In this document: positions 1 to 9,083 of the stretch, one piece after another
How the letters are laid out: each line of letters begins with the position of its first letter
Numbering within the stretch: position 1 is the first letter of the stretch
Source: Tissierella sp.
Lineage (GTDB): Bacteria > Bacillota > Clostridia > Tissierellales > Tissierellaceae
Assembly: GCA_012735585.1 (NCBI GenBank)
Contig: JAAYGX010000065.1
Span: 68 to 64,067 of the forward strand
Length of the DNA: 64,000 nt
Direction: 5' to 3'
Program-made: the position numbers and the translations under genes
The notes under the pieces: model-generated
Told to the model about the DNA's origin: nothing
What the model saw: the letters and a program-made list of their open reading frames with translations, nothing else
Database searches by the model: none

Positions 1-626
1 CAGCTGAGAGTTTATTAGAAGATGCTGTAGCTCTATTTGATGAACAGGTGGAAATAAAGACCATACCTGACGGACTTATTTATACAGATGGTCAAATATT
101 AAATGATATTTTAATAAGGAAATATGGAGATAAACTTTATGTAGATGGAGATTTAACTATAGATTTTGAAAGTGAAAATGCTCTAGATAAACTAACAGGT
201 CTAAAAGTAGAGGGAACTGTCTATATATATGGTAAGTTTATTGATAAGTTCCATAATATAGATCCAGAATACAACAATATTGAAGAGGTAAAAGGGGCTA
301 GTATAGTAGACAAGGCATTTTTAACTATAGATAAACGAAAGCTAGGCAAATATGCAGAAGGTGTTCGAGTTTTTGATTGTGGTATTGTAAATGTCAAAGA
401 TGATATAGATACAGACGAGATAGAAGAAAAATTAGAATTTGTGGGCTGTGGAGTTATAAACTGTAGCGAAGAACAAAAAAGTGCCATAGAAAGTGTTTCA
501 AAAGATGTTGGATTGATAACAGCCAGTCAAAAAGGAAAAATAGATATGTTTAAAGATTTATTAGGTGGATTTGGGCTATCAGAGAGTGATACAAAGGTTA
601 TTAATGCTGCTAGTTATACCATGTAA
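1..626 (+). CDS. hypothetical protein, probably 5'-truncated by the window edge
   Basis: The frame of tracked ORF 48..626 stays open back to nt 3 (AESLLEDAVALFDEQ...), so the GTG at 48 is probably internal. No family recognised. A terminator hairpin follows. Confidence 0.5.
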   Translation, partial: AESLLEDAVALFDEQVEIKTIPDGLIYTDGQILNDILIRKYGDKLYVDGDLTIDFESENALDKLTGLKVEGTVYIYGKFIDKFHNIDPEYNNIEEVKGASIVDKAFLTIDKRKLGKYAEGVRVFDCGIVNVKDDIDTDEIEEKLEFVGCGVINCSEEQKSAIESVSKDVGLITASQKGKIDMFKDLLGGFGLSESDTKVINAASYTM

Positions 627-638
627 ATAGTGGACACA

Positions 639-670
639 ATGGACAGGGATTCCCTTGTCCATTTTTTTAT
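639..670 (+). terminator. rho-independent terminator
   Basis: ATGGACAGGGA / TCCCTTGTCCAT stem with one bulge, followed by a T-run (ATTTTTTTATTTTTT). Confidence 0.75.
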
Positions 671-877
671 TTTTTGAAGTACAATTTATCAACAAATGGC
701 TAATAATCTATCATTTTTGTTGATAATATATTGATATTTTAAAAAGTATCCACAGCCACAATTGACCATAGGATAAACTAACATCAACCTTAAAGAGTAA
801 ATATTTTTCGAGATACAATTCCCTAATAATATCCGAGAATCGTAAAAAAGTTTAGTCGTTGACATTGTAAAATGATA

Positions 878-935
878 TTGACATTAGTAATAATTGAGTG
901 ATACAATTAGAGTACAACATTGTAGTACAATATTG
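878..935 (+). promoter_or_regulatory. sigma-A-type promoter plus overlapping GntR-type palindromic operator
   Basis: TTGACA (878-883), 18 nt spacer, TACAAT (902-907). Directly downstream are the overlapping palindromes TACAAcaTTGTA (913-924) and TTGTAgTACAA (920-930), which fit the FadR/GntR-type t.GT...AC.a pattern. The site sits upstream of an operon that encodes a GntR regulator. Confidence 0.5.
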
Positions 936-960
936 CGGACGATTTTAGGAGGAATGTAAA

Positions 961-1641
961 ATGACTATAAAAGGGCAAATAGGTTTCAGTGTAAAAGAGG
1001 ATATTTTTCGAACGGATAAAGATATATTGAATAGACTTAAAGATATGGGAACATGTGCAATCAGTGACGCTATGAAGGGTTTTAATACCATGCATCACAG
1101 CATTAAGTCTATAGATGAACAAATAAAATTTGCAGGCAATGCTATTACAGTGAGGATGAGGTCCGCAGATAATTTAATGCTACATAAGGCTATACAGCTA
1201 GCTAAAGAGGGTGACATAATTGTAGTAGACACATATGGCTCCGAGTCAAATTCTATTTTAGGGGAAATGATGACAACTTCTGCTTTAAAAAATGGAGTGG
1301 CTGGAATAGTAATCGATGGTGGTATAAGGGATATATTAGAATTGAAAAAAATGAAAGCGCCTATATTTGCCACTTGTATAACTCCTGCTGTAGCAGACAG
1401 ACATGGACCTGGTGAAATTAATTTTCCAGTATCATGTGGGGGAGTCGCAGTTAACCCTGGAGATGTTATAGTAGGGGATGCTAACGGTGTTGTAGTAATA
1501 AATAGAGAAATTGTAGAAGAAGTAATGGAATTAGCAGAAGAAAAAATTGAACAAGATAATAAATGGTTTGAAGAAATTTGTAAGGGAAGAATTATTAGGG
1601 AAGATGTAGATGAGGATTTAAGAAGGAGCGGAATTGTTTAA
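961..1641 (+). CDS. RraA-family protein, long form, resembling class II HMG/CHA aldolase / oxaloacetate decarboxylase
   Basis: 226 aa with RraA-fold signature stretches (GDIIVVD..., SILGEMMTTSALKNGVAGIVIDGGIRD). The length matches the aldolase-type members rather than the ~160 aa RraA proteins. RBS AGGAGG upstream. Confidence 0.8.
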   Translation: MTIKGQIGFSVKEDIFRTDKDILNRLKDMGTCAISDAMKGFNTMHHSIKSIDEQIKFAGNAITVRMRSADNLMLHKAIQLAKEGDIIVVDTYGSESNSILGEMMTTSALKNGVAGIVIDGGIRDILELKKMKAPIFATCITPAVADRHGPGEINFPVSCGGVAVNPGDVIVGDANGVVVINREIVEEVMELAEEKIEQDNKWFEEICKGRIIREDVDEDLRRSGIV

Positions 1642-1647
1642 ATAGGA

Positions 1648-2337
1648 TTGGTAGACGAAATATTAAATATAGATTTATTGAAAGGAAGATCAATATTGGA
1701 TTCCCCAGTAGAAAAGGTGTATAAAACCATAAGGTATAGAATATTAAACCAAGAATATGCTCCATCTCAAGCTCTTGTAGAATCAGCATTAGCTAAGGAG
1801 TTTGGAGTTGGTAGAAATACTATTAGGAGGGCCTTAATGCAACTAGTCAATGAAAAGCTAGTTGAACTAGAGGTAAACAAAAGTGCTGTAGTAAAATTTC
1901 TAACAAAAGAAGAAGCTTTAGACTTATTGGAAATAAGAGAGAGATTAGAAGGGCTTATAACTTATAGCACTGCTAAGGTTATAAAAAAAGATGATGTAGA
2001 TAGGATTAGATCTATTCTTAAGGATATGGAAGGACTATTGGCTGAAGGAAATCTACTGGAATACTCGGTAAAGAACGATATTATCCATGATATTATCGAT
2101 GACATATGCCCTAATAGGGAGGCTATCGAATTAATAGAGTCAATCCGATTACAATTAAGAAGCTTTAATAAAAGGACTATATTGATTCCTGGTAGAGCTG
2201 AAGAATCATATAAAGAACATATCGAGTTATTAGAAGCATTGGAATCTAATGATGCGGAAAGAAGTGAAATTATAATGCGTAAACATATGGCTAGTGTTAG
2301 GAATACTTTAATAAAAAATTATGATATGTTATTTTAA
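1648..2337 (+). CDS. GntR-family transcriptional regulator (FadR/FCD-type C-terminal domain)
   Basis: N-terminal winged-HTH region (LVESALAKEFGVGRNTIRRALMQLVNEKLV) and a helical C-terminal domain. TTG start 7 nt after the previous stop. Confidence 0.85.
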   Translation: MVDEILNIDLLKGRSILDSPVEKVYKTIRYRILNQEYAPSQALVESALAKEFGVGRNTIRRALMQLVNEKLVELEVNKSAVVKFLTKEEALDLLEIRERLEGLITYSTAKVIKKDDVDRIRSILKDMEGLLAEGNLLEYSVKNDIIHDIIDDICPNREAIELIESIRLQLRSFNKRTILIPGRAEESYKEHIELLEALESNDAERSEIIMRKHMASVRNTLIKNYDMLF

Positions 2338-2356
2338 ATTATAAGGAGGAAATATA

Positions 2357-3754
2357 ATGACTGGTATTAAGATTACAGAAACCGCTTTTAGAGATGCACA
2401 TCAATCTTTGATAGCCACCCGAATGACTACAGCAGATATGCTACCAATTGCAGAAAAGTTGGATAGGGTTGGATTTCATGCTATAGAAGTGTGGGGTGGA
2501 GCTACTTTTGATTCATGTCTTAGGTATTTAAATGAAGATCCATGGGAAAGGCTGAGAAGTCTTAAAAAGGTATTTAAAAATACTAAATTACAGATGCTAT
2601 TAAGAGGTCAGAATCTATTAGGGTATAAGCACTATCCTGATGATGTAGTAGAGGAATTTGTGAAGAAATCAATTGAAAATGGTATAGACATTATAAGAAT
2701 TTTTGATGCTTTAAATGATGTTAGAAATATTAAAACTGCGGTACTGGCTACAAAAAAATATGGCGGCCATGCTCAGGGTGCTTTGTCATATACTACAAGC
2801 CCTGTTCATAATACTGGATACTATGTAAATGTAGCTATTGAGATGCAAGATATGGGTGTTGATTCTATCTGTATTAAAGATATGTCTGGAATACTACTAC
2901 CATATGTAGCGGAAGAATTAGTCAGGGAGTTAAAGAAGGTCATCACTGTACCTATAGAAGTTCACTCACACTTTACAAGTGGTGTAGCAAATCAAACCTA
3001 TATGAAAGCTATTGAAGCTGGTGCTGACATTATAGATACTGCAATATCGCCTTTAGGTAATGGTACATCTCAACCTGCAACAGAGCCTATGATCGCTTCT
3101 TTACAAGGTTCTCCTTATTATCCAGATTTAGATATGGATTTGTTATTAGAGATATCCGATTATTTTAAAGGAATAAAAGAAAAATATATAAAAGATGGAT
3201 TATTGAATTCAAAGGTATTGGATGTAGATGTAAATACCTTAGTCTACCAAGTACCAGGTGGAATGTTATCAAATCTTGTATCCCAATTAAAGAGCCAGAA
3301 TGCTGAAGATAAATATGAAGAGGTTTTAAATGAAGTTCCTAAGGTTAGAAAGGATCTAGGATATCCTCCTTTAGTCACTCCTTTAAGTCAGATGGTAGGT
3401 ACTCAAGCAGTATTTAATGTAATATTAGGTGAAAGATACAAAATGATACCTAAGGAAATTAAAGATTATGTTAAAGGTTTATATGGTAAGCCTGCAGTGC
3501 CAATATCAGATGAAATCAAAAAAATCATAATTGGTGAAGAGGAAGTATTTACAGGTAGACCGGCAGATTTATTAGAACCACAATTAGATATTTATAGAAA
3601 TGAAATCAAAGAGTTCATGGAGCAAGAGGAAGATATATTGAGTTATGGATTGTTCCCGCAGATTGCATTGGGATTCTTCAAACAAAGACAAGCATCCAAA
3701 TATAAAATAGATAGTGAATTATTGGATGAAGAAAACAAGGTATATCCTGTATAG
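2357..3754 (+). CDS. oxaloacetate decarboxylase alpha / transcarboxylase 5S-type carboxyltransferase, lacking a biotinyl domain
   Basis: The N-terminus ITETAFRDAHQSLIATRMTTADMLPIAEKLDRVGFHAIEVWGGATFDSCLRYLNEDPWERLR is collinear with OadA/PycB. The protein stops at 465 aa after the LFPQIALGFF region, with no Ala/Pro linker and no EAMKM biotin motif. Confidence 0.9.
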   Translation: MTGIKITETAFRDAHQSLIATRMTTADMLPIAEKLDRVGFHAIEVWGGATFDSCLRYLNEDPWERLRSLKKVFKNTKLQMLLRGQNLLGYKHYPDDVVEEFVKKSIENGIDIIRIFDALNDVRNIKTAVLATKKYGGHAQGALSYTTSPVHNTGYYVNVAIEMQDMGVDSICIKDMSGILLPYVAEELVRELKKVITVPIEVHSHFTSGVANQTYMKAIEAGADIIDTAISPLGNGTSQPATEPMIASLQGSPYYPDLDMDLLLEISDYFKGIKEKYIKDGLLNSKVLDVDVNTLVYQVPGGMLSNLVSQLKSQNAEDKYEEVLNEVPKVRKDLGYPPLVTPLSQMVGTQAVFNVILGERYKMIPKEIKDYVKGLYGKPAVPISDEIKKIIIGEEEVFTGRPADLLEPQLDIYRNEIKEFMEQEEDILSYGLFPQIALGFFKQRQASKYKIDSELLDEENKVYPV

Positions 3755-3760
3755 AAATAT

Positions 3761-3806
3761 AAAAAGACCCACTCTTTTTCCTAAAAGAAAGAGAGTGGGT
3801 TAATTT
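3761..3806. terminator. bidirectional terminator between convergent genes
   Basis: ACCCACTCT (3767-3775) pairs with AGAGTGGGT (3792-3800). The hairpin is flanked by an A-run on one side and T-rich sequence on the other. Confidence 0.7.
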
Positions 3807-4842
3807 ATTCTATTTCTCTTACATCTACTTTAAAACTTGTACCGTTAATTTTTAAATCTAGGTTTCTTATATAATTAAAATCAAATCTGTTGTTAGCTAT
3901 AAAATCTTTGATTTCATTATATTTATTATTATATTCCCTATAGATTTCATGAGACTCTTCAACTGAGACGGCCTTAAAATCCATTGTGCTTCCAGGTGCC
4001 ATTTGAGCTAATATAGATAAATCAGGGGTAATAACTGTTGCTATTTTAGTATATCCACCTGTTGTCTGCCTATCTGCCATCATTATAATAGGGGAACCAT
4101 GACCAGGTACTTGTACTGAGCCAAATACTATGCCGTCAGATATAATATCAGCGCCGGATTTATGCTCAATTTTTGGACCCTCAAGTCTATAGCCCATTCT
4201 ATCTGCTTCTGATGTAATACTATACTTAGAGCTTAAAAATGTCTCTTTAGCACTTTCGCTGAAGTACTCATCCTGTGGTCCCATTATCACTCTGATTGAG
4301 TGATGTGAGTTATAGTCTGGGATTAAACTTTTAGGAAGATAACTTCCAGTATAGTCAAGGGATTTGTTTCCAAGAGTTATTTCATCTCCAGAATTGAGCT
4401 TTCTTCCTTCATATCCCCCCAAAACTCCTCGAATAAAAGTGGATTTACTATTCATTATTTCAGGGACGTCAAGTCCCCTACTAAATGCGATATACCCTCT
4501 AATACCAGTTTGCACCCGAGAAAAACTTAGTTTATCTCCTTTATGAACATATATACTTGTCCACATAGGAATAGGTTGTTCATTTATTTTGGGACCCATA
4601 TTAGCTCCTGTTATACTAATAATATCATCACAATTAAATATAACCTCAGGTCCTAATAATGTGGTTTCCAAAACTGCTTCATTCTCGTCATTGCCTACTA
4701 GTAAATTGGCAACTGTAGTGGAAAATAGGTCCATTGCTCCAGCAACGGACATTCCAAATCTTTGGTATCCCCATCTACCTTTATCCTGAATGGTGGTGAG
4801 TAGCCCTGGATTTTTAATATTAATTGTTGCCATGACTTTCAC
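3805..4842 (-). CDS. pxpC: 5-oxoprolinase subunit C (allophanate hydrolase subunit 2 / KipA family)
   Basis: 345 aa with family-typical N-terminus (PGLLTTIQDKGRWGYQRFGMSVAGAMD). Overlaps the upstream pxpB by 23 nt. Confidence 0.9.
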   Translation of the reverse strand: MKVMATINIKNPGLLTTIQDKGRWGYQRFGMSVAGAMDLFSTTVANLLVGNDENEAVLETTLLGPEVIFNCDDIISITGANMGPKINEQPIPMWTSIYVHKGDKLSFSRVQTGIRGYIAFSRGLDVPEIMNSKSTFIRGVLGGYEGRKLNSGDEITLGNKSLDYTGSYLPKSLIPDYNSHHSIRVIMGPQDEYFSESAKETFLSSKYSITSEADRMGYRLEGPKIEHKSGADIISDGIVFGSVQVPGHGSPIIMMADRQTTGGYTKIATVITPDLSILAQMAPGSTMDFKAVSVEESHEIYREYNNKYNEIKDFIANNRFDFNYIRNLDLKINGTSFKVDVREIE

Positions 4843-5566
4843 CTTCCTCTACAATATTTACCTTATATTGATCTTTATTGATTAGATCTAATATCCTTAA
4901 ATATTCTTTTTCATCAACAGGGATAAATCTTATGTAATCCCCAGCGTTTAATAGTACAGGTGGATCTGACAAGGGGTCGTATAGTTTCGCAGGTGTACGT
5001 CCAATTAATTGCCATCCTCCTGGGCTATCAATAGGGTAAATTCCAGTTTGTTTACCTGCTATACCTGTAGAGCCAGCAGGTATCTTTGTCCTAGGGACTT
5101 GAAGCCTTGGAGTCTCAATCTTTTCGCTCATACCACCAAGATATCCAAATCCAGGAGTAAACCCTAGCATGTATAGTAGGTAGTCAGTAGAACTGTGTAT
5201 CTTAATGACTTCATCTATAGTTAGATTATTATGTTTGGCGACAAACTCTATATCAGGGCCATATTCTCCCCCGTAAACAGTAGGCAATTCTACAATTCTT
5301 GTTTTACTACTATTTGCCTTACCTAAATCTTTTTCGATTTTCTTTAGGCTGCTTACAAGAGTACTATATCCAATTACTAAAGGTTCATAGATAATAAGTA
5401 TGGATCTATAGGTTGGGATAATCTCGCTAATACCTACAATTTTTAATTTATCAAGAGATTTTACCATATTGCTAATTTTAGCATTAATTTCAGGTTTAAT
5501 ACTGTTTCCAAATTCCATAACTAGGGATTTATCGCCAGCAGGAATAAATTTTGTCTCATTATACAT
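4820..5566 (-). CDS. pxpB: 5-oxoprolinase subunit B (allophanate hydrolase subunit 1 / KipI family)
   Basis: 248 aa with KipI-type sequence (GDKSLVMEFGN..., IPAGSTGIAGKQTGIYP). Lies in an operon with pxpA and pxpC. Confidence 0.9.
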   Translation of the reverse strand: MYNETKFIPAGDKSLVMEFGNSIKPEINAKISNMVKSLDKLKIVGISEIIPTYRSILIIYEPLVIGYSTLVSSLKKIEKDLGKANSSKTRIVELPTVYGGEYGPDIEFVAKHNNLTIDEVIKIHSSTDYLLYMLGFTPGFGYLGGMSEKIETPRLQVPRTKIPAGSTGIAGKQTGIYPIDSPGGWQLIGRTPAKLYDPLSDPPVLLNAGDYIRFIPVDEKEYLRILDLINKDQYKVNIVEEGESHGNN

Positions 5567-5592
5567 GTTTTCACCAACTTTATTTTTCTTGT

Positions 5593-6786
5593 TTAGAATA
5601 GAGCTTTAAGTCCGGATAAAGATCTAATTCCAAGGAAAAGTGTAACAAATACAACTATAATACCAAGTATCAATAACCATGTAGGGTGTTCGTAATCCCC
5701 GATTATGTTTTTGTTTCTAGCTGCTAGCAGCATGGTTCCAAGGGTAATTGGTAATATAAGCCCATTTAAAGATCCAGCAACTACAAGCAAGGTAACAGGT
5801 TGTCCAATGGTAATAAACATAAGTGCTGAAACAGCAATAAAACCCATAATCCATTTATTTTCATGCTTATTAACAACTTCAGCCAATGTAGTTAAAAATG
5901 AAACTGAAGTATAAGCTGCACCAACAATAGAAGAAAGTGCTGCTGCCCAGATAACTGCACCAAAGAACTTATATCCGATATTTCCTGCTGCAAGTTTAAA
6001 AGCAGAAGCAGGAGGATTGGCAGGGTCAAGTACCATACCTTTAGATACTACACCTAGGACTGCTAAGAATAGCAAAACTCTCATAATACTTGCAACACCC
6101 ATTCCCATGAGAGCGGACTGTTTAATTTGACCTAGATTATCTTCGCCAGATATACCAGCATCTAAAAGCCTATGACCACCTGAAAAGGTTATATATCCAC
6201 CAACTGTACCACCAACTAAAGTAATAATCGCCAAGAAAGGTATTTGCTCTGGGATAAATGTTCTATGAATAGCTTCTCCTACAGGAGGTGCTGTTGATAT
6301 TGCAACATAGCCAACCATAAGAATCATAGCTGCACCTAATATTTTAGTTAAAGTATCCATAGCTTTACCAGCTTCTTTAGAGATGAATATACCAATAGCT
6401 AATATAGCGGAAATAGCGGCTCCGATTTTCAAGTCAAGACCAAACATTACATTAAGGCCTAAAGCTGCGCCCCCAACATTACCAATATTAAAAGCTAGTC
6501 CACCTAAGGCAACTAAAGCAGCAACAAAATACCCTAAACCGGGCAATACTTTATTTGCTACATCCTGTCCTCTCATTCCTGAAACACCGATAATGCTCCA
6601 AACATTAAGTTGCGCAACTATTGATATAATTACTGATACTAGAATAACGAATCCAAAGGTTGCCCCTAAATCAGCAGTAAAAGTAGCTGTTTGGGTCAGA
6701 AACCCGGGACCAATAGCAGAGGTAGCCATCAAAAATGCTGCTCCTAATAATACGGATAAATTATTATTTTTAGTTTTATTAGCCAA
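5593..6786 (-). CDS. Nramp-family membrane transporter (YcsG-like)
   Basis: 397 aa polytopic membrane protein with an Nramp-like N-terminus (AFLMATSAIGPGFLTQTA). It occupies the same position as ycsG in the Bacillus ycsF-ycsG-kipI-kipA cluster. Confidence 0.8.
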   Translation of the reverse strand: MANKTKNNNLSVLLGAAFLMATSAIGPGFLTQTATFTADLGATFGFVILVSVIISIVAQLNVWSIIGVSGMRGQDVANKVLPGLGYFVAALVALGGLAFNIGNVGGAALGLNVMFGLDLKIGAAISAILAIGIFISKEAGKAMDTLTKILGAAMILMVGYVAISTAPPVGEAIHRTFIPEQIPFLAIITLVGGTVGGYITFSGGHRLLDAGISGEDNLGQIKQSALMGMGVASIMRVLLFLAVLGVVSKGMVLDPANPPASAFKLAAGNIGYKFFGAVIWAAALSSIVGAAYTSVSFLTTLAEVVNKHENKWIMGFIAVSALMFITIGQPVTLLVVAGSLNGLILPITLGTMLLAARNKNIIGDYEHPTWLLILGIIVVFVTLFLGIRSLSGLKALF

Positions 6787-6800
6787 ATTTTATATCCTCC

Positions 6801-7580
6801 TTAAATAAATTCGTTTAAATTTTTAATTTCTACACCTTCAGCAATTAAGCTTTCCCTAATAAATTTTACAAAGTTTACTGCCTCAGGATTATCCCCATGG
6901 ACACATATGGAATCGGCGATGATATCGATTTCCTGACCATTAATTGCAGTTACTTTACCTTCTAATACCATCTTTTTAATTCTTCTAATGGCTTCTTCTT
7001 GGTCATGAATAACAGCTCCAGGTAGCCTTCTGTTAACTAGAGTTCCATCTGTATTATATGCTCTATCTGCAAAAACCTCTTGTGCAACCCTTAGGCCTTT
7101 TTCCTGTGCTCGTTTTGCAATATAGGTACCACTTAAAGCTAAAAGAATAATATCTTTATCAACATCTAGAATCCCATTTATTACTGCTTCTGCTAATTCA
7201 GGATTTACTGAAGCAGTATTATAAAAGGCGCCATGGAGTTTCATATGTTGGATTTTTACATTATGTGCTGCGGCAAAAGCATTTAAGGCCCCTAGTTGAT
7301 AAATCATATATGCTCGAGCCTCTTTTGGGGTAATATCTAAATTCCTTCTGCCAAATCCCATTAAATCAGGATAACCTGGGTGGGCTCCTATAGCGACACC
7401 ATTACTTACAGCCTGTTTTACTGTTTCATCCATTATCAGAGGATCACCAGCATGCCAACCACAGGCAATATTAACACTACTTACATGTTTAATTACTTCT
7501 TTGTCTAAACCTAAGACATAAGTACCAAAACTTTCGCCAAGATCTGAATTTAAATCAACAATACCTTTCATAAAATCCAC
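6801..7580 (-). CDS. pxpA: 5-oxoprolinase subunit A (LamB/YcsF family)
   Basis: 259 aa with the LamB/YcsF N-terminal motif DLNSDLGESFG. Confidence 0.9.
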   Translation of the reverse strand: MDFMKGIVDLNSDLGESFGTYVLGLDKEVIKHVSSVNIACGWHAGDPLIMDETVKQAVSNGVAIGAHPGYPDLMGFGRRNLDITPKEARAYMIYQLGALNAFAAAHNVKIQHMKLHGAFYNTASVNPELAEAVINGILDVDKDIILLALSGTYIAKRAQEKGLRVAQEVFADRAYNTDGTLVNRRLPGAVIHDQEEAIRRIKKMVLEGKVTAINGQEIDIIADSICVHGDNPEAVNFVKFIRESLIAEGVEIKNLNEFI

Positions 7581-7725
7581 CTCCTAAAATTTGTAAAAGA
7601 CTATATATATTTATAATACTATACAAATGTACGAAGTCCTTGTTTTTTAAAAAAACAATTTGAATGTTTTTCCAATTATTACCCTAATTATGTCCAGTAG
7701 CAAATGTAGAAAGTAGTTTTCTCAT

Positions 7726-7842
7726 TGTCATCCTAAAAGAAGGATCGGATTATATATTTCAATATATTCAAGATCCTTTGCTAACCTTAATGTAAGACTT
7801 AGGAAATACTTTTGGAGTGTAAGGGTAAATCTCGGGATGACA
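7726..7842. repeat. nested-palindrome intergenic repeat, copy 1 (degenerate, carries an internal insertion)
   Basis: Tips are TGTCATCC (7726-) and GGGATGACA (-7842). Inner arms are GAAGGATC and GATCCTTTGC. About 49 nt of extra sequence lies between the inner and outer right arms. Same family as the elements at 36319, 44393 and 60484. Confidence 0.75.
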
Positions 7843-7861
7843 AGTTGGACTTTCACTGGCC

Positions 7862-9070
7862 TTAAAGAAGAATAGACTGTAAGTTTTCAGCGATAGAGTC
7901 AATCATCTTTTGGCTATTCACCCATTTTTTATTCTCCACGGAAGACATTTTTATTAAATCTTTGGTCATAATGCCTTTATTTACTATGTTAATAGTTGCT
8001 TCTTCTAGTTTATTTGAGAAGTTTACTAAATCCTCATTGGCATCTAGTTCTCCCCTTTTTCTAAGAGCTCCAGTCCAAGCAAAGATAATAGCAATAGGAT
8101 TAGTTGAGGTTTTCTCTCCGCTTAAATGTCGATAATAATGGCTTTTTACTGTTCCGTGGGCTGCTTCATATTCATAATTTCCATCTGATGATACTAATAC
8201 TGATGTCATAAGTGCAAGACTTCCAAATCCTGTGGCTACCATATCGCTCATCAGATCTCCTTCGTAGTTTTTGCATGCCCAGATTACTCCTCCATTTGAT
8301 TTGATTGCCCTGGAAATAGCATCATCTATAAGTGTATAAGTATAGCTAATACCTTCTTCTTCGAAGGATGCTTTGTATTGATTGTTATATAAGTTTTGGA
8401 AGATATCTTTAAATTTATAATCATATGTTTTAGTTACTGTGTCTTTTGTTCCAAAGATTAAATCGGTTTTACTATTTAGAGCATATTTAAAACAAGTGTG
8501 AGCAAAGTCCTTAATAGAGGAATCCAAATTGATATGGCCCATTAAAATGCCTTCTTCATTAAAATCAAAGACTGGATATTTAGTTTCATAGCCATTTTTA
8601 TCTGTTAGAACAAAATCTACTTTCGTATCTTTACCAATTTCAAGACTTGTAGATATATAGATATCCCCATAGGAATGTCTTGCAATAGTAATTGGCTTCG
8701 TCCATGTTGGGATAATAGGTGTTAGTGTGTCTAAGATAATAGGAGTTCTAAAAACTGTACCATTCAATATCTTCCTAATAGTACCATTTGGGCTTTTCCA
8801 CATTTCTTTCAAATCATATTCATCCTGCCTATCCTTATTGGCGGTAATAGTAGCACATTTTACTCCTACACCATATTTTTTTATGGCATTTGCGGCATCT
8901 ATTGTTACTATATCATTGGTATTATCCCTGTTTTTAATATGCAAATCGTAGTATTCAACTTTTAAATCTACAAAGGGCTCTATTAAACTTTCTTTAACCC
9001 AGCTCCACAGCACTCTGGCCATTTCATCTCCATCTAGCTCAACTATTGGTACAGTCATTTTGATTTTCAT
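7862..9070 (-). CDS. icd: NADP-dependent isocitrate dehydrogenase (eukaryote-like ~400 aa subfamily)
   Basis: Collinear with IDH1-type enzymes: ELDGDEMARVLW, NRDNTNDIVT, GVKCATIT, MWKSPNGTIRKILNGTVFR. Confidence 0.93.
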   Translation of the reverse strand: MKIKMTVPIVELDGDEMARVLWSWVKESLIEPFVDLKVEYYDLHIKNRDNTNDIVTIDAANAIKKYGVGVKCATITANKDRQDEYDLKEMWKSPNGTIRKILNGTVFRTPIILDTLTPIIPTWTKPITIARHSYGDIYISTSLEIGKDTKVDFVLTDKNGYETKYPVFDFNEEGILMGHINLDSSIKDFAHTCFKYALNSKTDLIFGTKDTVTKTYDYKFKDIFQNLYNNQYKASFEEEGISYTYTLIDDAISRAIKSNGGVIWACKNYEGDLMSDMVATGFGSLALMTSVLVSSDGNYEYEAAHGTVKSHYYRHLSGEKTSTNPIAIIFAWTGALRKRGELDANEDLVNFSNKLEEATINIVNKGIMTKDLIKMSSVENKKWVNSQKMIDSIAENLQSILL

Positions 9071-9083
9071 AATTTTTAACCTC

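Noticed and set aside
221-487. Many tracked ORFs lie antisense to, or out of frame within, larger well-supported genes. Examples: 221..487, 1095..1373, 6383..6808, 10111..10512, 17817..18260, 26694..27149, 30886..31323, 35094..35447, 44633..44998, 50115..50669, 51963..52340, 53149..53499, 58999..59424, 63103..63444.
   Set aside because: Each is fully embedded in a longer ORF with clear family-level sequence signatures on the other strand or frame. Their translations are low-complexity (Ser/Ile/Pro/Leu-rich), typical of antisense reading of AT-rich coding DNA. None has a recognisable RBS.
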